A DNA stretch of 64,000 bases from Candidatus Atabeyarchaeum deiterrae (GCA_037310415.1 CP147780.1:2656001-2720000), one strand, 5' to 3'. Shown: positions 29,601 to 40,807, counted from the stretch's first letter. Numbers and translations: made by a program. The notes: generated by a model from the letters alone, not told the origin.

Positions 29601-30689
29601 TTACCCCAGTTTTCTCAGTGTCGCTTTAATCAGTCCCATTGTTCCGGTCATCATGACGTCACCTGCTGGCGAAGCAAAATGAATCGGTATTCCTATGTTA
29701 TCTGCAATGGATCTGTTTGGACCTGTAACTGCGAAAGTACTAATCTTCTCGGCGGAGAATTTCTCCTTCTCGTCTTTGCCCAAGTAGAATGCTCCATGTC
29801 CTCCATCGATGAATATGTTCTCACCCTTCGTTTTGCCATTAGCAAAGTCAAGCAGCAGCTCGCCTAGTTTATTTGGTTTACCATAAAACGCTTCGGTGTG
29901 ATGTTCCATTAGTCCCAAGAGTTTCTCATCTTCTACGATGGCTGCCATTGTGTGTCCGTTGCCAATGTTCACCGCTAGTATCCGATGATTCTCTATTACA
30001 GTTGGATCTTCCAAGCAACCCAATATTGCACTCAAAGCAGTGTCCATTACTATGATAGTTGCTCTTGGCAGCTGTCTTTTGCATGCGTCGACTGCTGAAC
30101 GCATTCGCTTGAAACACTCTGGGATTTCATTTTCTTCGAATGCTAGTGTCTCCACTTTGGGGTTCTTTCTTAGTAGTTCTTCCATCTTTCTCATTCTGAA
30201 TTTCCTATTGCTTTCATCTTCTGTGGGGACTCCATGATCTTGAACAGCCACTGCTACTACATCCGCATCATCTGCTCTGGTTCCCAGTTCCTTGAGGAAC
30301 TTTGTGATCTTCGTTACGTTGATCTCTTCCAAGTCGATCTTGGTTCCATCTGACTTGGGGAATTCAGATTCGTTTTTGACAACCTGTATACCCATGGAGC
30401 GCACTTGTTCTATGTTGTTTCTAACAGTTAGCGCCGCTTTTTCTGTCATGATAAGTTTGAGACCATGTTTTAGGTGCTTTCTGATTGCTGCTGTGACGGC
30501 GCTCCCACCTATTGTGTCGCCTTTGATCAGTATGGTTTGTTGTTTGCTTGTCAATTCCTCGATTCGGTCTGCGTATATCAGAGTTGGCGATGGGAGCACC
30601 ATCTTGACGCAGTTTTCAATGGTTTTTGAATCGTCGTATAGGAGGACGTCTTCCGTTCCCGCGCCTATGTCTATTGCCAAGATCTTCAG
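29601..30689 (-). CDS. DUF1786-family (ASKHA-fold) protein, probable CTG start
   Basis: (M)KILAIDIGAGTEDVLL, AVQDHG, SNRKFR, NIGNGHT, EHHT, GGHGA, GDVMMTG. Confidence 0.85.
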   Translation of the reverse strand: MKILAIDIGAGTEDVLLYDDSKTIENCVKMVLPSPTLIYADRIEELTSKQQTILIKGDTIGGSAVTAAIRKHLKHGLKLIMTEKAALTVRNNIEQVRSMGIQVVKNESEFPKSDGTKIDLEEINVTKITKFLKELGTRADDADVVAVAVQDHGVPTEDESNRKFRMRKMEELLRKNPKVETLAFEENEIPECFKRMRSAVDACKRQLPRATIIVMDTALSAILGCLEDPTVIENHRILAVNIGNGHTMAAIVEDEKLLGLMEHHTEAFYGKPNKLGELLLDFANGKTKGENIFIDGGHGAFYLGKDEKEKFSAEKISTFAVTGPNRSIADNIGIPIHFASPAGDVMMTGTMGLIKATLRKLG

Positions 30690-30727
30690 TGTGTAGCCCT
30701 CCCTTAGAAAAGTAGCTGGGCAGCTTC

Positions 30728-31255
30728 TCAGAGTTTTCCCTGATGCACCAAGTCTGAAATTTCTCTCCTCGGTCTTGCATTCGGTAACTCGGCCGTATAG
30801 CCGATCGGGATTATTGCTACCGGAACCATACCTTCCTCCATGTCTGCGCCCACAACCTTGGCGGTTTCCTTATCATCGTATGAACCGATCCAGCATGTGG
30901 CCAGCCCCAGTGCTGTGGCTGCCAGTTGTATGTAGGAGCCTGCTATGGTAGCGTCTTGAATAGAGTATAGTCTAGCACCTCTCTCACCGTACCTTGTTGC
31001 TGACTTCTTCTGATTGGCTATTAGTACAAGTGCAACAGGTGCTTGTGCTATGAAGCGCTGACCTCTTGCCGCTTTGCTTAATGCTTCCTTTTGCTCTCGA
31101 GTTTTTACAACAACTATTTCGTATCCTTGTAGGTCGCCTGCGGAAGGTGCTGAGTTTGCAGCCTCAAGTATTTTCTGGAGTTTCTCTCTCTCGATTTCCT
31201 TTTCGAGGTAAAGTCTGACGGACCTTCGCTTAGCAACAATTTCAAAGAAATCCAT
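30728..31255 (-). CDS. Nitroreductase family protein
   Basis: RRSVRLY, APSAGDLQ, LAATALGLATCWIG, IPIGY. Confidence 0.92.
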   Translation of the reverse strand: MDFFEIVAKRRSVRLYLEKEIEREKLQKILEAANSAPSAGDLQGYEIVVVKTREQKEALSKAARGQRFIAQAPVALVLIANQKKSATRYGERGARLYSIQDATIAGSYIQLAATALGLATCWIGSYDDKETAKVVGADMEEGMVPVAIIPIGYTAELPNARPRREISDLVHQGKL

Positions 31256-31608
31256 TTTCCTGACAACTCCTATTTTTCATGAAATGATAGAACCTGTTGT
31301 GAATAAAAAATGTTTGCTTGGTAGAAACCAATGTCACTGTTCAATCCCGATCCAAAACCTCTGATGAGGAAAGCTGCTCTTGCTCCGGTCACTACCAGGA
31401 TGTTCCAGAGGCATGCGAGTAGTTCGTTAGAGGAATTCTTCCTTGGCTGGGGCAATTTCGAGCAATTAGACATATCTCGTATTTGTTGTTGAATAGTGAA
31501 AGAGCGTTATGTGTATGAATTCTTCGTGCTGATTCCGTAATCTTCATGAGAAGGGGATCTCTCTTGGTTCATCAACTTCGGCTGTACTGGAAGGAGGGAT
31601 CTCAACAC

Positions 31609-32052
31609 TTGGAAGAGGAGAAGCTGTTAGGTAGCGTTGTAAGCATGTGGCTTAAGAAAGCGCGTTTTCAACTGCCAGGATATGGCATATTCGCCACCAA
31701 CAAGAGGTTGATTGGAATAGAGTTTAAGAAAGCTGCTGCAAAGAAAATTGCCAAGTACCAATTGTTAGCTACGCCCATGAATGCTTTCACTAAGGGAAGC
31801 GAGGAGATGCAAGCTGGCAATCCCAAAACTCTTCAGGAGCTCGATGAGGAGAAGAAGGACTTTGAGATAGGGAGAGAACAGATCTCCAAGATAGAACTCA
31901 CAAAACCTGGAACCTTCAAAGGAGGTCGTCTCAGGATTCTTGGCGAGTCAGGAAAAGAAATGGAGATCCTGATTGGTGGCAAAAAGGAGTTCGAGCACCT
32001 AAATGATCTAATGAAGGCATTCCTCCCTGAAGCGTTGGAACTTGGGGAATAG
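31609..32052 (+). CDS. Hypothetical protein, PH-like fold
   Basis: YGIFATNKRLIG...FEIGREQISKIEL..PG...GRLRI plus C-terminal helix; TTG after GGAGG. Confidence 0.6.
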   Translation: MEEEKLLGSVVSMWLKKARFQLPGYGIFATNKRLIGIEFKKAAAKKIAKYQLLATPMNAFTKGSEEMQAGNPKTLQELDEEKKDFEIGREQISKIELTKPGTFKGGRLRILGESGKEMEILIGGKKEFEHLNDLMKAFLPEALELGE

Positions 32053-32131
32053 GAAAAGATGCCATTCTGAAGGACGATGGATCGTAGATTCATATGGAAA
32101 AATGAGTCTAATCGAGCCGTCTTAGCTCATG

Positions 32132-34834
32132 CTATTTTGCCTTTGCGGACTTTGCTGTCTTCTCTCTTGGGTGTTTGATCTGTGCTTGCGCCGCCGCAAG
32201 TCTTGCTATTGGAACCCTGAATGGGGAGCAACTCACGTAGTCCAAGTTTATAAGGTGGCACCATTCGATTGAGTTCGGGTCTCCGCCATGCTCTCCGCAT
32301 ATGCCTACTTTCAGATCAGGTCTAGTTTTTCTACCTAATTCGACTGCCATCGCCATGAGTCTTCCAACACCATCGCGATCTATGGTCTCGAAGGGGCTGA
32401 AAGGTAACAGCTTCTCATCCAAGTACTTATTTATGAACTTGGCTTCCGCATCTTCTCTGCTGAAACTGAATGTTCCCTGTGTCAAGTCGTTGGTCCCGAA
32501 GCTGAAGAACTCGGCATACTGGGCGATCTTGTCGGCCACAAGGCATGACCTGACAACTTCCATCATCGTTCCTATATGATACTTCAGTTTTGCGCCCGCC
32601 TTGTCTATTACTTCTTTCACAATCTTCTCAACCCGCTCTCTGACAAATCGCATCTCTTCGGCGCTGCCAACATTGGGCAACATTATCTCCGGCTTCGCGT
32701 CGACTCCTTCCTTAACAAGTTCTGTAGCTGCTTCGATTATTGCTCTCGTCTGCATCTCGTATATCTCAGGCATCATAATGCCAACTCTTACGCCTCTTTG
32801 CCCCATCATTGGGTTGACTTCCGTGAGTTGTCTAACCCTTCTAAGCATCCTCTCATTTTCCGTAATCTTCCCTTGATCTGCGTGTTCTCCCCTAAGTTTG
32901 AACTTCTCTTCGAGGAGCTGTTCAAGACTTGGCAGAAACTCGTGAAGGGGTGGGTCCAGAAGCCTTATCGTAACTTCGAGTCCTTCCATCGCTTTCAGAA
33001 TCTCCTTGAAGTCCTTCTTCTGCATAGGCATAAGTTGCTCAAGGAACTTCCTTCGCTCCTCGACACTTTCTGCAAGAATCATCTTGTGCATTATGGCAAG
33101 CCGATCAGGCGCGTTGAACATTCTCTCAGTTCTGTCAAGTCCGATTCCTTCAGCACCAAATTCTCTTGCTCTCTTAGCGTTCACTGGTTCATCAGCGTTA
33201 GCTCTGACACCGAGGGCTCTAATCTCGTCAGCCCATTCAAGTAGCTGCTTAAGTTCAGGCGAGAGTTCAGGTTCGATGGTTGGGACTTCGCCAAGCATGA
33301 CAGTGCCCATGCTTCCATCAATGGTTATCACGTCTCCTTCCTTCACAGTCGTGTTGCTGGCAGTAAATGATCTCTTGCTGTAATCTATTCTTATGGATTC
33401 GGCTCCAACTACGCATGGCTTACCAAGTCCTCTGGCCACGACTGCCGCGTGAGACGTCTTTCCACCTCTACTTGTCAGAATTCCTTGCGCCGCAAAGAAT
33501 CCATGAACATCATCTGGTTTTGTCTCTTCTCGGACGAGAATGACTTTCTTCTTCGACTCCTTCCACTGTTTGTCCGCTGTATCAGCATCGAAAACAACTG
33601 CACCTGACGCAGCTCCAGGTGACGCTGCGATCCCTTTAGCTACTGAGGTAACCTTCGCCTTTGGATCTATTCTGCGATGGAAAAGTTGCTCAAGTTCGCT
33701 GGCTACAATACGCGAAATTGCTTCTTCCTTCGAAAGGAGTTTCTCTTTGACCATGCCTATCGAGGTTCTAACCATCGCTTGAGCATTCATCTTGCCATTC
33801 CGAGTCTGCAGGATGTACAGTTTTCCGCGTTCGACGGTGAACTCAATGTCCTGAACTTCGTGGTAGTGGCGCTCAAGAGTCTCACGGACACCCTCAAGTT
33901 GTTTCGAGATTTCAGGCATCACTTTCTTCAGCTCAACTATTGGTCTCGGAGTTCTGACTCCGGCGACGACATCCTCACCTTGCGCCGTCTGAAGGAACTC
34001 GCCGTAGAAGATGTTATCACCTGTTCCCGGGTCCCTTGTGAAGGCAACTCCTGTGCCAGAGTTCTCACCCATGTTCCCAAAGACCATTGTCACAATGTTT
34101 ACAGCAGTTCCATCAGCCATTTCAGCAGTTATCTTGTACTCTTTGCGGTAGGTTATTGCTCTTGGCGTCTCCCACGAGCCAAAGACCGCTGAAATAGCGT
34201 TTTCGAGTTGCTCAGTTGGATTTTCAGGAAAACTCTTCTTGGTTTGCTTCTTGTAGATTTCCTTGTATTTGTACACAAGATCCTTCAGTGCGTCTGTGTT
34301 CAGGTCGGTGTCGAATTTGGCTCCCATCTCCTTCTTCTTAGCATCAAATGCTTCGTCAAAGTATTTCTTTTCGACGCCCATAGCTATTGAAGAATACATC
34401 TGGACGAATCTTCTAAAAGCATCATAGGCAAAGCGCTCATCGCCAGTCTGTTTTATGAGCCCTTTAACCGTCTGGTCGTTTAGTCCGAGGTTTAGGATTG
34501 TATCCATCATTCCAGGCATAGATATGGCTGCGCCCGAGCGGACTGACACAAGAAGGGGGTTTTCTTGATCACCAAACTTCTTGCCAGTCTTCTTCTCAAC
34601 GTTCTTGAGTTGAGCTAGCACTTCCTCCATCAGACCAGCAGGAAGTTTCTTTCCTGAGGCGTAGAACCGTCTACACACTTCCGTTGTGATTATGAAACCT
34701 GGTGGAACAGGCAGCCCAATGTGGGTCATTTCGCTTAACCCAGCACCTTTCCCACCTAGCAGTTTCTTGTTCTTCCCGTCGGCTTCTTCAAAAGACAGAA
34801 CCCAAGGCTGACCTTTACTTTGCTTAGATGGCAT
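32132..34834 (-). CDS. ppdK: Pyruvate, phosphate dikinase
   Basis: LGGKGA, SVRSGA..SMPGMMDT, phospho-His motif GGKTSHAAVVARG, FSFGTNDLTQ, GICGEHGG. Confidence 0.97.
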   Translation of the reverse strand: MPSKQSKGQPWVLSFEEADGKNKKLLGGKGAGLSEMTHIGLPVPPGFIITTEVCRRFYASGKKLPAGLMEEVLAQLKNVEKKTGKKFGDQENPLLVSVRSGAAISMPGMMDTILNLGLNDQTVKGLIKQTGDERFAYDAFRRFVQMYSSIAMGVEKKYFDEAFDAKKKEMGAKFDTDLNTDALKDLVYKYKEIYKKQTKKSFPENPTEQLENAISAVFGSWETPRAITYRKEYKITAEMADGTAVNIVTMVFGNMGENSGTGVAFTRDPGTGDNIFYGEFLQTAQGEDVVAGVRTPRPIVELKKVMPEISKQLEGVRETLERHYHEVQDIEFTVERGKLYILQTRNGKMNAQAMVRTSIGMVKEKLLSKEEAISRIVASELEQLFHRRIDPKAKVTSVAKGIAASPGAASGAVVFDADTADKQWKESKKKVILVREETKPDDVHGFFAAQGILTSRGGKTSHAAVVARGLGKPCVVGAESIRIDYSKRSFTASNTTVKEGDVITIDGSMGTVMLGEVPTIEPELSPELKQLLEWADEIRALGVRANADEPVNAKRAREFGAEGIGLDRTERMFNAPDRLAIMHKMILAESVEERRKFLEQLMPMQKKDFKEILKAMEGLEVTIRLLDPPLHEFLPSLEQLLEEKFKLRGEHADQGKITENERMLRRVRQLTEVNPMMGQRGVRVGIMMPEIYEMQTRAIIEAATELVKEGVDAKPEIMLPNVGSAEEMRFVRERVEKIVKEVIDKAGAKLKYHIGTMMEVVRSCLVADKIAQYAEFFSFGTNDLTQGTFSFSREDAEAKFINKYLDEKLLPFSPFETIDRDGVGRLMAMAVELGRKTRPDLKVGICGEHGGDPNSIEWCHLINLDYVSCSPFRVPIARLAAAQAQIKHPREKTAKSAKAK

Positions 34835-35307
34835 ATTCAATCACCTTATGCAATGTTCGATCAAGAAAACTGTCGTGACATGCTGCAAAGAATCCTCATC
34901 ACTCAGATCAGTGTGAGAGAAACCAATCATAATTTACTTATTGATTGCACTGATTTTCCAACCGCGATAGTGGGAGCATAAAAGTTCTTAAGTCTTTCTA
35001 AGTCTATTTCGAAGCAAACTGGTCAGGAGCTTGGGATCGTTATGAACGGAGGAACCTTGACACGATTAGAGTTGGGCTCAAAGAATGATCTGAGTCTGAT
35101 CCATCAAGACAAGAATAATGAGCAGAGCTTCTTCTCGAAGTCATATTGAGAGATCCTTTGGAAAGTCGAACAGAGCACTCCGCTCTACCTTCATAAGATG
35201 AAAAGTGACTGGTGCAATTTGAAGCATAAAATATAAAAGCGAAAGCGTTTTCATCAACTGTTATATCGATATTGGACTGAACAAGAGTGTAAGAGGACTG
35301 ATGAGAA

Positions 35308-36147
35308 TTGTCGAGGGCGAATGCTGATACTGGGCTTTTGAGAAAGGCAGCGAGAGCTAGTTATCTGATTGGCACTTGGCAGATTCTGGCCGCTGTGATT
35401 GCAGTCGTAGTTGTGTTGCTGACATTGTTCCCACTTCTTTCGATAGTGATGTCAATGAGCTACTACGTGCCACCCACCCCTGCGCAGATTGCCGCAATGG
35501 TGAACTCACTCGTTCAGTGGTTCAACTCGATACTGATTTGGCTTGGATTCTTGGTCGGTCTTACAGTTGTCTTTGCATTGGTTTTCGGCTACTATACTTA
35601 CAAAGTTGCCCAGCGCTATGACGTCGCGTCGCTGAAGGTAGCAGGCTTCTCATACATGCTTATGTCTTTGGGAACACTGCCCCTATTGTACGGAGTTTAC
35701 CAGTTTATTCAAGTCTTGCCTACGATCGACTTTGGTCTTCCTTCTGCTACGATCTTGGAACAGATTTTCGGCTCCATGGGGTTGATGCTTGTCGGTGTAC
35801 TTCTATTAGGTTTGCTTGGACTGACTTTCATCATCTCGTTCGCAGTTGGACTTTCAGGGATGAAGAAGAAGACTGGGATCAGTACTTTCGGTACGGCGAT
35901 GATACTGGTGATACTTTTCTTCCTTGGAATCACTCTCTTGATAGCCATATTCCTGTATGGCTCCGCGCTAAGCACGCTTGCGAAGGAAGGAGGGCAGCCG
36001 AAGACAGCTAAGGCCACCATCGAAGAGGAAGGTACAAAGTCGTCTGCAAAAAGAGGTCAGGCGTATTGTCCAAATTGCGGTGCCAAGATCGAGGTTGATG
36101 CGCTGTTCTGCCCAACATGTGGATCTAGCTTGAAAAAAGAGACTTAG
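35308..36147 (+). CDS. Membrane protein with C-terminal zinc ribbon
   Basis: Five to six TM helices; YCPNCG...FCPTCG. Confidence 0.8.
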   Translation: MSRANADTGLLRKAARASYLIGTWQILAAVIAVVVVLLTLFPLLSIVMSMSYYVPPTPAQIAAMVNSLVQWFNSILIWLGFLVGLTVVFALVFGYYTYKVAQRYDVASLKVAGFSYMLMSLGTLPLLYGVYQFIQVLPTIDFGLPSATILEQIFGSMGLMLVGVLLLGLLGLTFIISFAVGLSGMKKKTGISTFGTAMILVILFFLGITLLIAIFLYGSALSTLAKEGGQPKTAKATIEEEGTKSSAKRGQAYCPNCGAKIEVDALFCPTCGSSLKKET

Positions 36148-36272
36148 AGTGACTCGATCAGAGTCACCATTCCTCCTTTTGTTTACGGTCAAGCTTGTTG
36201 TTGACGCTTTCTTCTGCTAGTCCGTCAAAGTTCACGAAAAGGCTTGGATGGAACGTCGTTTGCGTTCTCAGC

Positions 36273-37160
36273 CTAGACTAGTCCGAATCTTTTGATGTTT
36301 GCGTCTGCAATCGTCTGTATTCTTGTTACTTCGTCTGATCCTCCTTCCTTCTGAAGGAGATGTCTGTACCTACCTTGAAGCTTCAGATATTCGTTCACTG
36401 GTTTGACGACTCCTATCTTCATAACCGAGGTTAGTTGACCATTCTCTATTTCGAATATTGGGTAGAGTCCTGTCTGCTGTGCCAGCCTTGCCACTGTAAT
36501 TGTCTGCGAAGGGTCGTAATACCAGCCGAGTGGACAAGGAACATGCACTTGTATGTACTTGGGACCCTCGATTGATAGAGCCTTTTTCACTTTCTTTTCT
36601 ATGTCCTTAGGGTACGCGACTGAGGTTGTGGCCACATAGGGGACTCCATGTGCTACGGCTATCGCTGGCAAATCCTTTTTGTTTGTGATGTTGCCCCAGC
36701 TTACGTTTCCCGATGGGCTGGTGGTTGTTCGTGCGTCCAGAGGTGTCTGACTGCTGCGCTGGATTCCCGTGTTCATGTATGCTTCATTGTCGTAGCAGAC
36801 GTATAGCACGTCGTGTTTTCTTTCGAACATGCCGCTTAATGCGCCCATGCCGATATCTGCTGTTCCGCCGTCGCCGCCTTGGGCAATTACTTTAGCTTCG
36901 TCTTTTCTACCTAACGCTTTCAAAGCAACCTGGATTCCCGATGCAACTGCCGCAGCGTTTTCGAACAATGAGTGAATCCACGGAACCTCCCATGCAGATT
37001 GTGGGTCACGTGTCGTGAACACCTCCAAGCAGCCCGTAGCGTTAGCTATTATGGTGTTCGAACCGGCAGCGTTCAAAACTAATCTTGCACCCAGCGACTG
37101 TCCGCAGCCCATGCACGCCGTGTGCCCTGGGGCGAATAGGTTCTTGGTTGTGGTTTCCAT
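36273..37160 (-). CDS. porB: Pyruvate/2-oxoacid:ferredoxin oxidoreductase beta subunit
   Basis: [39 protein letters not shown]. Confidence 0.95.
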   Translation of the reverse strand: METTTKNLFAPGHTACMGCGQSLGARLVLNAAGSNTIIANATGCLEVFTTRDPQSAWEVPWIHSLFENAAAVASGIQVALKALGRKDEAKVIAQGGDGGTADIGMGALSGMFERKHDVLYVCYDNEAYMNTGIQRSSQTPLDARTTTSPSGNVSWGNITNKKDLPAIAVAHGVPYVATTSVAYPKDIEKKVKKALSIEGPKYIQVHVPCPLGWYYDPSQTITVARLAQQTGLYPIFEIENGQLTSVMKIGVVKPVNEYLKLQGRYRHLLQKEGGSDEVTRIQTIADANIKRFGLV

Positions 37161-37166
37161 GATGCT

Positions 37167-38351
37167 TTAATCGCCTTCTCCTAGGAGCTCTCTGTCAAGG
37201 TCAACGAAATCCAACTCCGCGGGTTGTTTCTCAGCCCGCTCAATTGCGCCTTGTATTGAGTTCTGAGTAATGTCCCTTCCTCCGAGTCCTATTATGAAGT
37301 TGCTAATGTTGCTCGGAGAATTCTTCGATTTAGCGTCAAACAGTGATTTTATCTCAGCGCAGAGTATGCCACCCTTGCCAAGGGAGATGGCTTTCTCGAA
37401 AATAATCAGGTTCTTGACACCTTTCAGAGCGTCATGAAGCTTCTCATTTGGGAACGGTCTGAAGGTTCTCACCTTGACCACACCAATCTTCTTGCCTTGG
37501 CGCCTCATTTTGTCAACAACGTCTTTCATGGTTCCGACCATTGATCCCATTCCGACCAGCAACGTCTCAGCGTCCGAAACTTGGTATTTGTCGATCAACC
37601 CACCGTAGTGCCTTCCGAACTTTGCCTCGAAATCGTTAGCCACATGCTCTATTCTTCCTTTAGCTTTCTCCATTGTTTCCTGCATCAAGTATCTTGTCTC
37701 CATGTATCGCTCAGGACCAACCATTGCTCCAAACGTCAGTGGGTTCTTCGTGGTCAGGTAGTATAGAGGTTGATATGGTGGGAGAAAATCGTCGACATCG
37801 TCTTCGGCAGGAACGTCAACCGGTTCATATGCATGTGTCAAAATGAAACCATCCATGCAAACCATTACAGGCAACATGATGTCTTTGTCTTCGCCGATCT
37901 TGTAAGCCTGGATCTGCAGATCACTCGCTTCTTGATTGTTCTCGGCGTAGATCTGTATCCAACCAGAGTCTCTGGCGGTCATTGAGTCCTGTTGATCATT
38001 CCATATGTTAATTGGTGAAGAAACGGATCTATTGGCGCAGGTCAAAGACACTGGAAGCCTCAACCCTGCAATGTTATACAACACTTCAAGCATCAGAAGC
38101 AAGCCTTGAGATGTCGTGGCAGTATAAGTCCTGGCCCCAGTCGCGCTCGCTCCGAGCACAACTGATGCAGCAGAATGTTCACTTTCTACATTGACGAACT
38201 CAGCCTTTAGATCACCGTCAGCAACTATCTGAGCTAGGTTTTCAACTATATGTGTCTGGGGGGTTATGGGATATGCTGAGATAACATTAGGTCTACAAAG
38301 TCTAACGAATTCAGCTACAGCTCTTGATCCTTCAATCATTTTTAGAACCAT
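37167..38351 (-). CDS. porA: Pyruvate/2-oxoacid:ferredoxin oxidoreductase alpha subunit
   Basis: AYPITPQT, VESEHSA, TATTSQGL, RPFP, GLGGRDI. Confidence 0.95.
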   Translation of the reverse strand: MVLKMIEGSRAVAEFVRLCRPNVISAYPITPQTHIVENLAQIVADGDLKAEFVNVESEHSAASVVLGASATGARTYTATTSQGLLLMLEVLYNIAGLRLPVSLTCANRSVSSPINIWNDQQDSMTARDSGWIQIYAENNQEASDLQIQAYKIGEDKDIMLPVMVCMDGFILTHAYEPVDVPAEDDVDDFLPPYQPLYYLTTKNPLTFGAMVGPERYMETRYLMQETMEKAKGRIEHVANDFEAKFGRHYGGLIDKYQVSDAETLLVGMGSMVGTMKDVVDKMRRQGKKIGVVKVRTFRPFPNEKLHDALKGVKNLIIFEKAISLGKGGILCAEIKSLFDAKSKNSPSNISNFIIGLGGRDITQNSIQGAIERAEKQPAELDFVDLDRELLGEGD

Positions 38352-38361
38352 GTTTCATTCC

Positions 38362-38646
38362 TCACCGCTTCTCCGGTTTCATCTCCAGAGCTTTGACTGG
38401 GCATACTTCTACACAAATGCCGCAGCCCTTGCAGTAGTCAAGGTCGACCTCGAACTTGTTTTTCTTGTCGACCTTTATCACTCCCTCTGGGCAATAGAGT
38501 ACGCAGAGTGTGCATGCTGTGCACTTGTTCTTGTCGCAGACAGGGTGTTTAGTTCTCCAGCTTCCAGTCTTGTTTGCTCTAGTGCTTCCAGGTTTGGCAA
38601 CAACTGAAACGGGTATCTTCTTCGCCGTCGTTTTGCTGGTGCTCAT
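38362..38646 (-). CDS. porD: POR delta subunit (2x[4Fe-4S])
   Basis: TGSWR, CTACTLCVLYCP, YCKGCGICVEVCP. Confidence 0.95.
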   Translation of the reverse strand: MSTSKTTAKKIPVSVVAKPGSTRANKTGSWRTKHPVCDKNKCTACTLCVLYCPEGVIKVDKKNKFEVDLDYCKGCGICVEVCPVKALEMKPEKR

Positions 38647-38647
38647 T

Positions 38648-39190
38648 TTATGATCGCCTCACGTAGTCATATGCTGCCTTGGCAGCTTTGGCGTTTTTCT
38701 CGCCAAGTTCGCCGGGGAATCTTTCCTTTATGCAGCGCTCTATCGATTCGAGTTTAATCAGGTTGGTGGCTGCCGCGAATGCGCCCATTAGAACCGTGTT
38801 TGGAATTGGTCGTCCAATAATCTCATTCGCTATGCTGGTCGCCGGAACAGTAATGAGTTTAGCTTTGGTTTGAAGGTTGAGTTCGCTTGGTTTCTTCTCA
38901 GTGTTCACTATTATAAGTCCGCCATCCTTCAGACCTCTGAGGACATCAACAACTCCGATTAACGTAGCGTCTTGTACAATGATGTAGTCTGGATTAGTTA
39001 TCTGACTCCTGGATCGTATTGGTTTATCGCTAATCTTGACGAATGATTCTACCGGAGCGCCCATGCGTTCCGAGCCGAAGCTTGGAAAGGCTTGAGCGAC
39101 CTTCCCGTCTTCGAATGCCGCCACGGCGAGAAGTTCCGCTGCAGTGACAACTCCTTGACCGCCGCGACCGTGCAACCTGACTTCAATCAA
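38648..39190 (-). CDS. porC: POR gamma subunit
   Basis: EVRLHGRGGQGVVT, FGSERMGAPV, PNTVLMGA; TTG after GGAGG. Confidence 0.95.
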   Translation of the reverse strand: MIEVRLHGRGGQGVVTAAELLAVAAFEDGKVAQAFPSFGSERMGAPVESFVKISDKPIRSRSQITNPDYIIVQDATLIGVVDVLRGLKDGGLIIVNTEKKPSELNLQTKAKLITVPATSIANEIIGRPIPNTVLMGAFAAATNLIKLESIERCIKERFPGELGEKNAKAAKAAYDYVRRS

Positions 39191-39497
39191 CTTGGTGAAC
39201 CTCCAAAGTAACATGAGAAATTCACGTTCAGAAGTTAGCCAGAGATGTTAAGCTATCAGCATAACCTTAAAGCTTGCCGTTCAATATCAAAAGAAAACGA
39301 GATGTTTCACTCCGACATGTGTAGAAAACCGCTATAAAAAGATAGTTAACTGTCATTAGATAGAACATTTGCCAAAAAGAATCGGAAAGAATGGCATGGA
39401 GTCCTTCCGTGACTCTGTTTGTACTTTTCTGATCAGCTGTCCTGACCAGTCACCTTAGCTCGGTTGCAGTGAGGCAAGTCTTTTCTGTATGAAGATT

Positions 39498-39941
39498 TCA
39501 GGTTTCACCGATCACGGTAACGACGAACTCTCGGTACTGGGGTCCGTCAAACTCCAGATAAAAAACTGATTGTCTTTGACCAAGTACGAGTTCGCCATTT
39601 TGCAGAGGTATGACTGTGTGGTTTCCGACCAAAACACTGCGCAGGTGACTTGGAGCATTGACCCCAAGCCTTCCGTCGAAGTCCAGATATCTTGCATGCC
39701 GATAATTCCCTTCGTCTGGAACAAGGTTTCCGAAAAGGGTTATTATATCTCGTCGAATGCATTCAGCATCCTCATTTACGGTTATGCCGGTCGTGGTGTG
39801 CATTGTGATAACGTAAGATACACCATTATTGATCTTGGAATCGGCTACAGCCTGCTTGATATATTCTGTGATGTTCAGTATGTCTTGGAAATCATTTGTC
39901 TGGATCCCGATGCGTTTAGTGTAAGTCTTCAAATTACACAT
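39498..39941 (-). CDS. YjbQ/UPF0047 family protein
   Basis: HTTTGITVNE, NAPSHLRS, LG..Q....EFDGP. Confidence 0.9.
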   Translation of the reverse strand: MCNLKTYTKRIGIQTNDFQDILNITEYIKQAVADSKINNGVSYVITMHTTTGITVNEDAECIRRDIITLFGNLVPDEGNYRHARYLDFDGRLGVNAPSHLRSVLVGNHTVIPLQNGELVLGQRQSVFYLEFDGPQYREFVVTVIGET

Positions 39942-39949
39942 CTCCTATC

Positions 39950-40807
39950 TCAGTGAGGATTTCCGAGCAGTCTTGAGGGGTTGTTTTGGAAAACGTTTTC
40001 GATGACATCTTCCTCTCGCAAGACATTCCTGACGGCTTTGACCATTTTGTGCATCTCTATTCGAGGGTAGTTCGACCCGAAGACTATTTTCTTGTCTAGG
40101 CTTCGCTGAACAAGAGTTATTGGCAATTGTTTCGTGAAGACGTATTCGATGAATTCTTTGGGAGTGTCAGCATAGAGGCATGAGGTGTCCAAATAGACGT
40201 TCGGGTACTTGAGTGCCAATGCCACAGACTCAAGAACATGTGGCCATCCCATGTGAGCTATTATAAGGTTCAATCCTTGGAAATCATGGGCAATGTCCTC
40301 AAGCAGTCCAGGGTGACTATACTTCATCATGGCATCTGCCTCCCAAGTCATTCCAGCATGCATGACCACTGGTATTTTAAGTTTCGTGGCTTTGGTGAAC
40401 AGAGGGTAGGCTTTCTCTTTGTCATTTGGATAGAACTGTTGGAGACTTGGGTCTAACTTCAATCCTCTTAGTCCCAGGCCAGTTATGGCTTCAGCCAGTT
40501 CATCAACGGCTTCTTCTCTAAGTGGGTCGACACTTGCAAAACCTATGAAGAAATCGTGTTTGGAAGCAAGATCCGCGACCTGTTCGTTCGAGAAGATCTT
40601 GCAGTTGTGGGCTGTCGTGCAATCAATGGGGAGAAGTACGGCTTTGTCTATTCCAGCCACTTTCATCTGACCCTTGAATGTTTCAAGAGGCTGCAAAGCA
40701 TTCTGTAGGTTGAATATGTGTCTGACTGCATGCCTTAGTTGCTCAGATCCCTCAACAACTTCCTTTATCAAGACGGGGTGCGTGTGAAAATCAATCAATG
40801 GCAACAC
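39950..40807 (-). CDS. Amidohydrolase_2 family protein
   Basis: IDFHTH, GLRGLKL, IIAHMGWP, NVYLDTS, FGSNYP. Confidence 0.9.
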   Translation of the reverse strand: MLPLIDFHTHPVLIKEVVEGSEQLRHAVRHIFNLQNALQPLETFKGQMKVAGIDKAVLLPIDCTTAHNCKIFSNEQVADLASKHDFFIGFASVDPLREEAVDELAEAITGLGLRGLKLDPSLQQFYPNDKEKAYPLFTKATKLKIPVVMHAGMTWEADAMMKYSHPGLLEDIAHDFQGLNLIIAHMGWPHVLESVALALKYPNVYLDTSCLYADTPKEFIEYVFTKQLPITLVQRSLDKKIVFGSNYPRIEMHKMVKAVRNVLREEDVIENVFQNNPSRLLGNPH

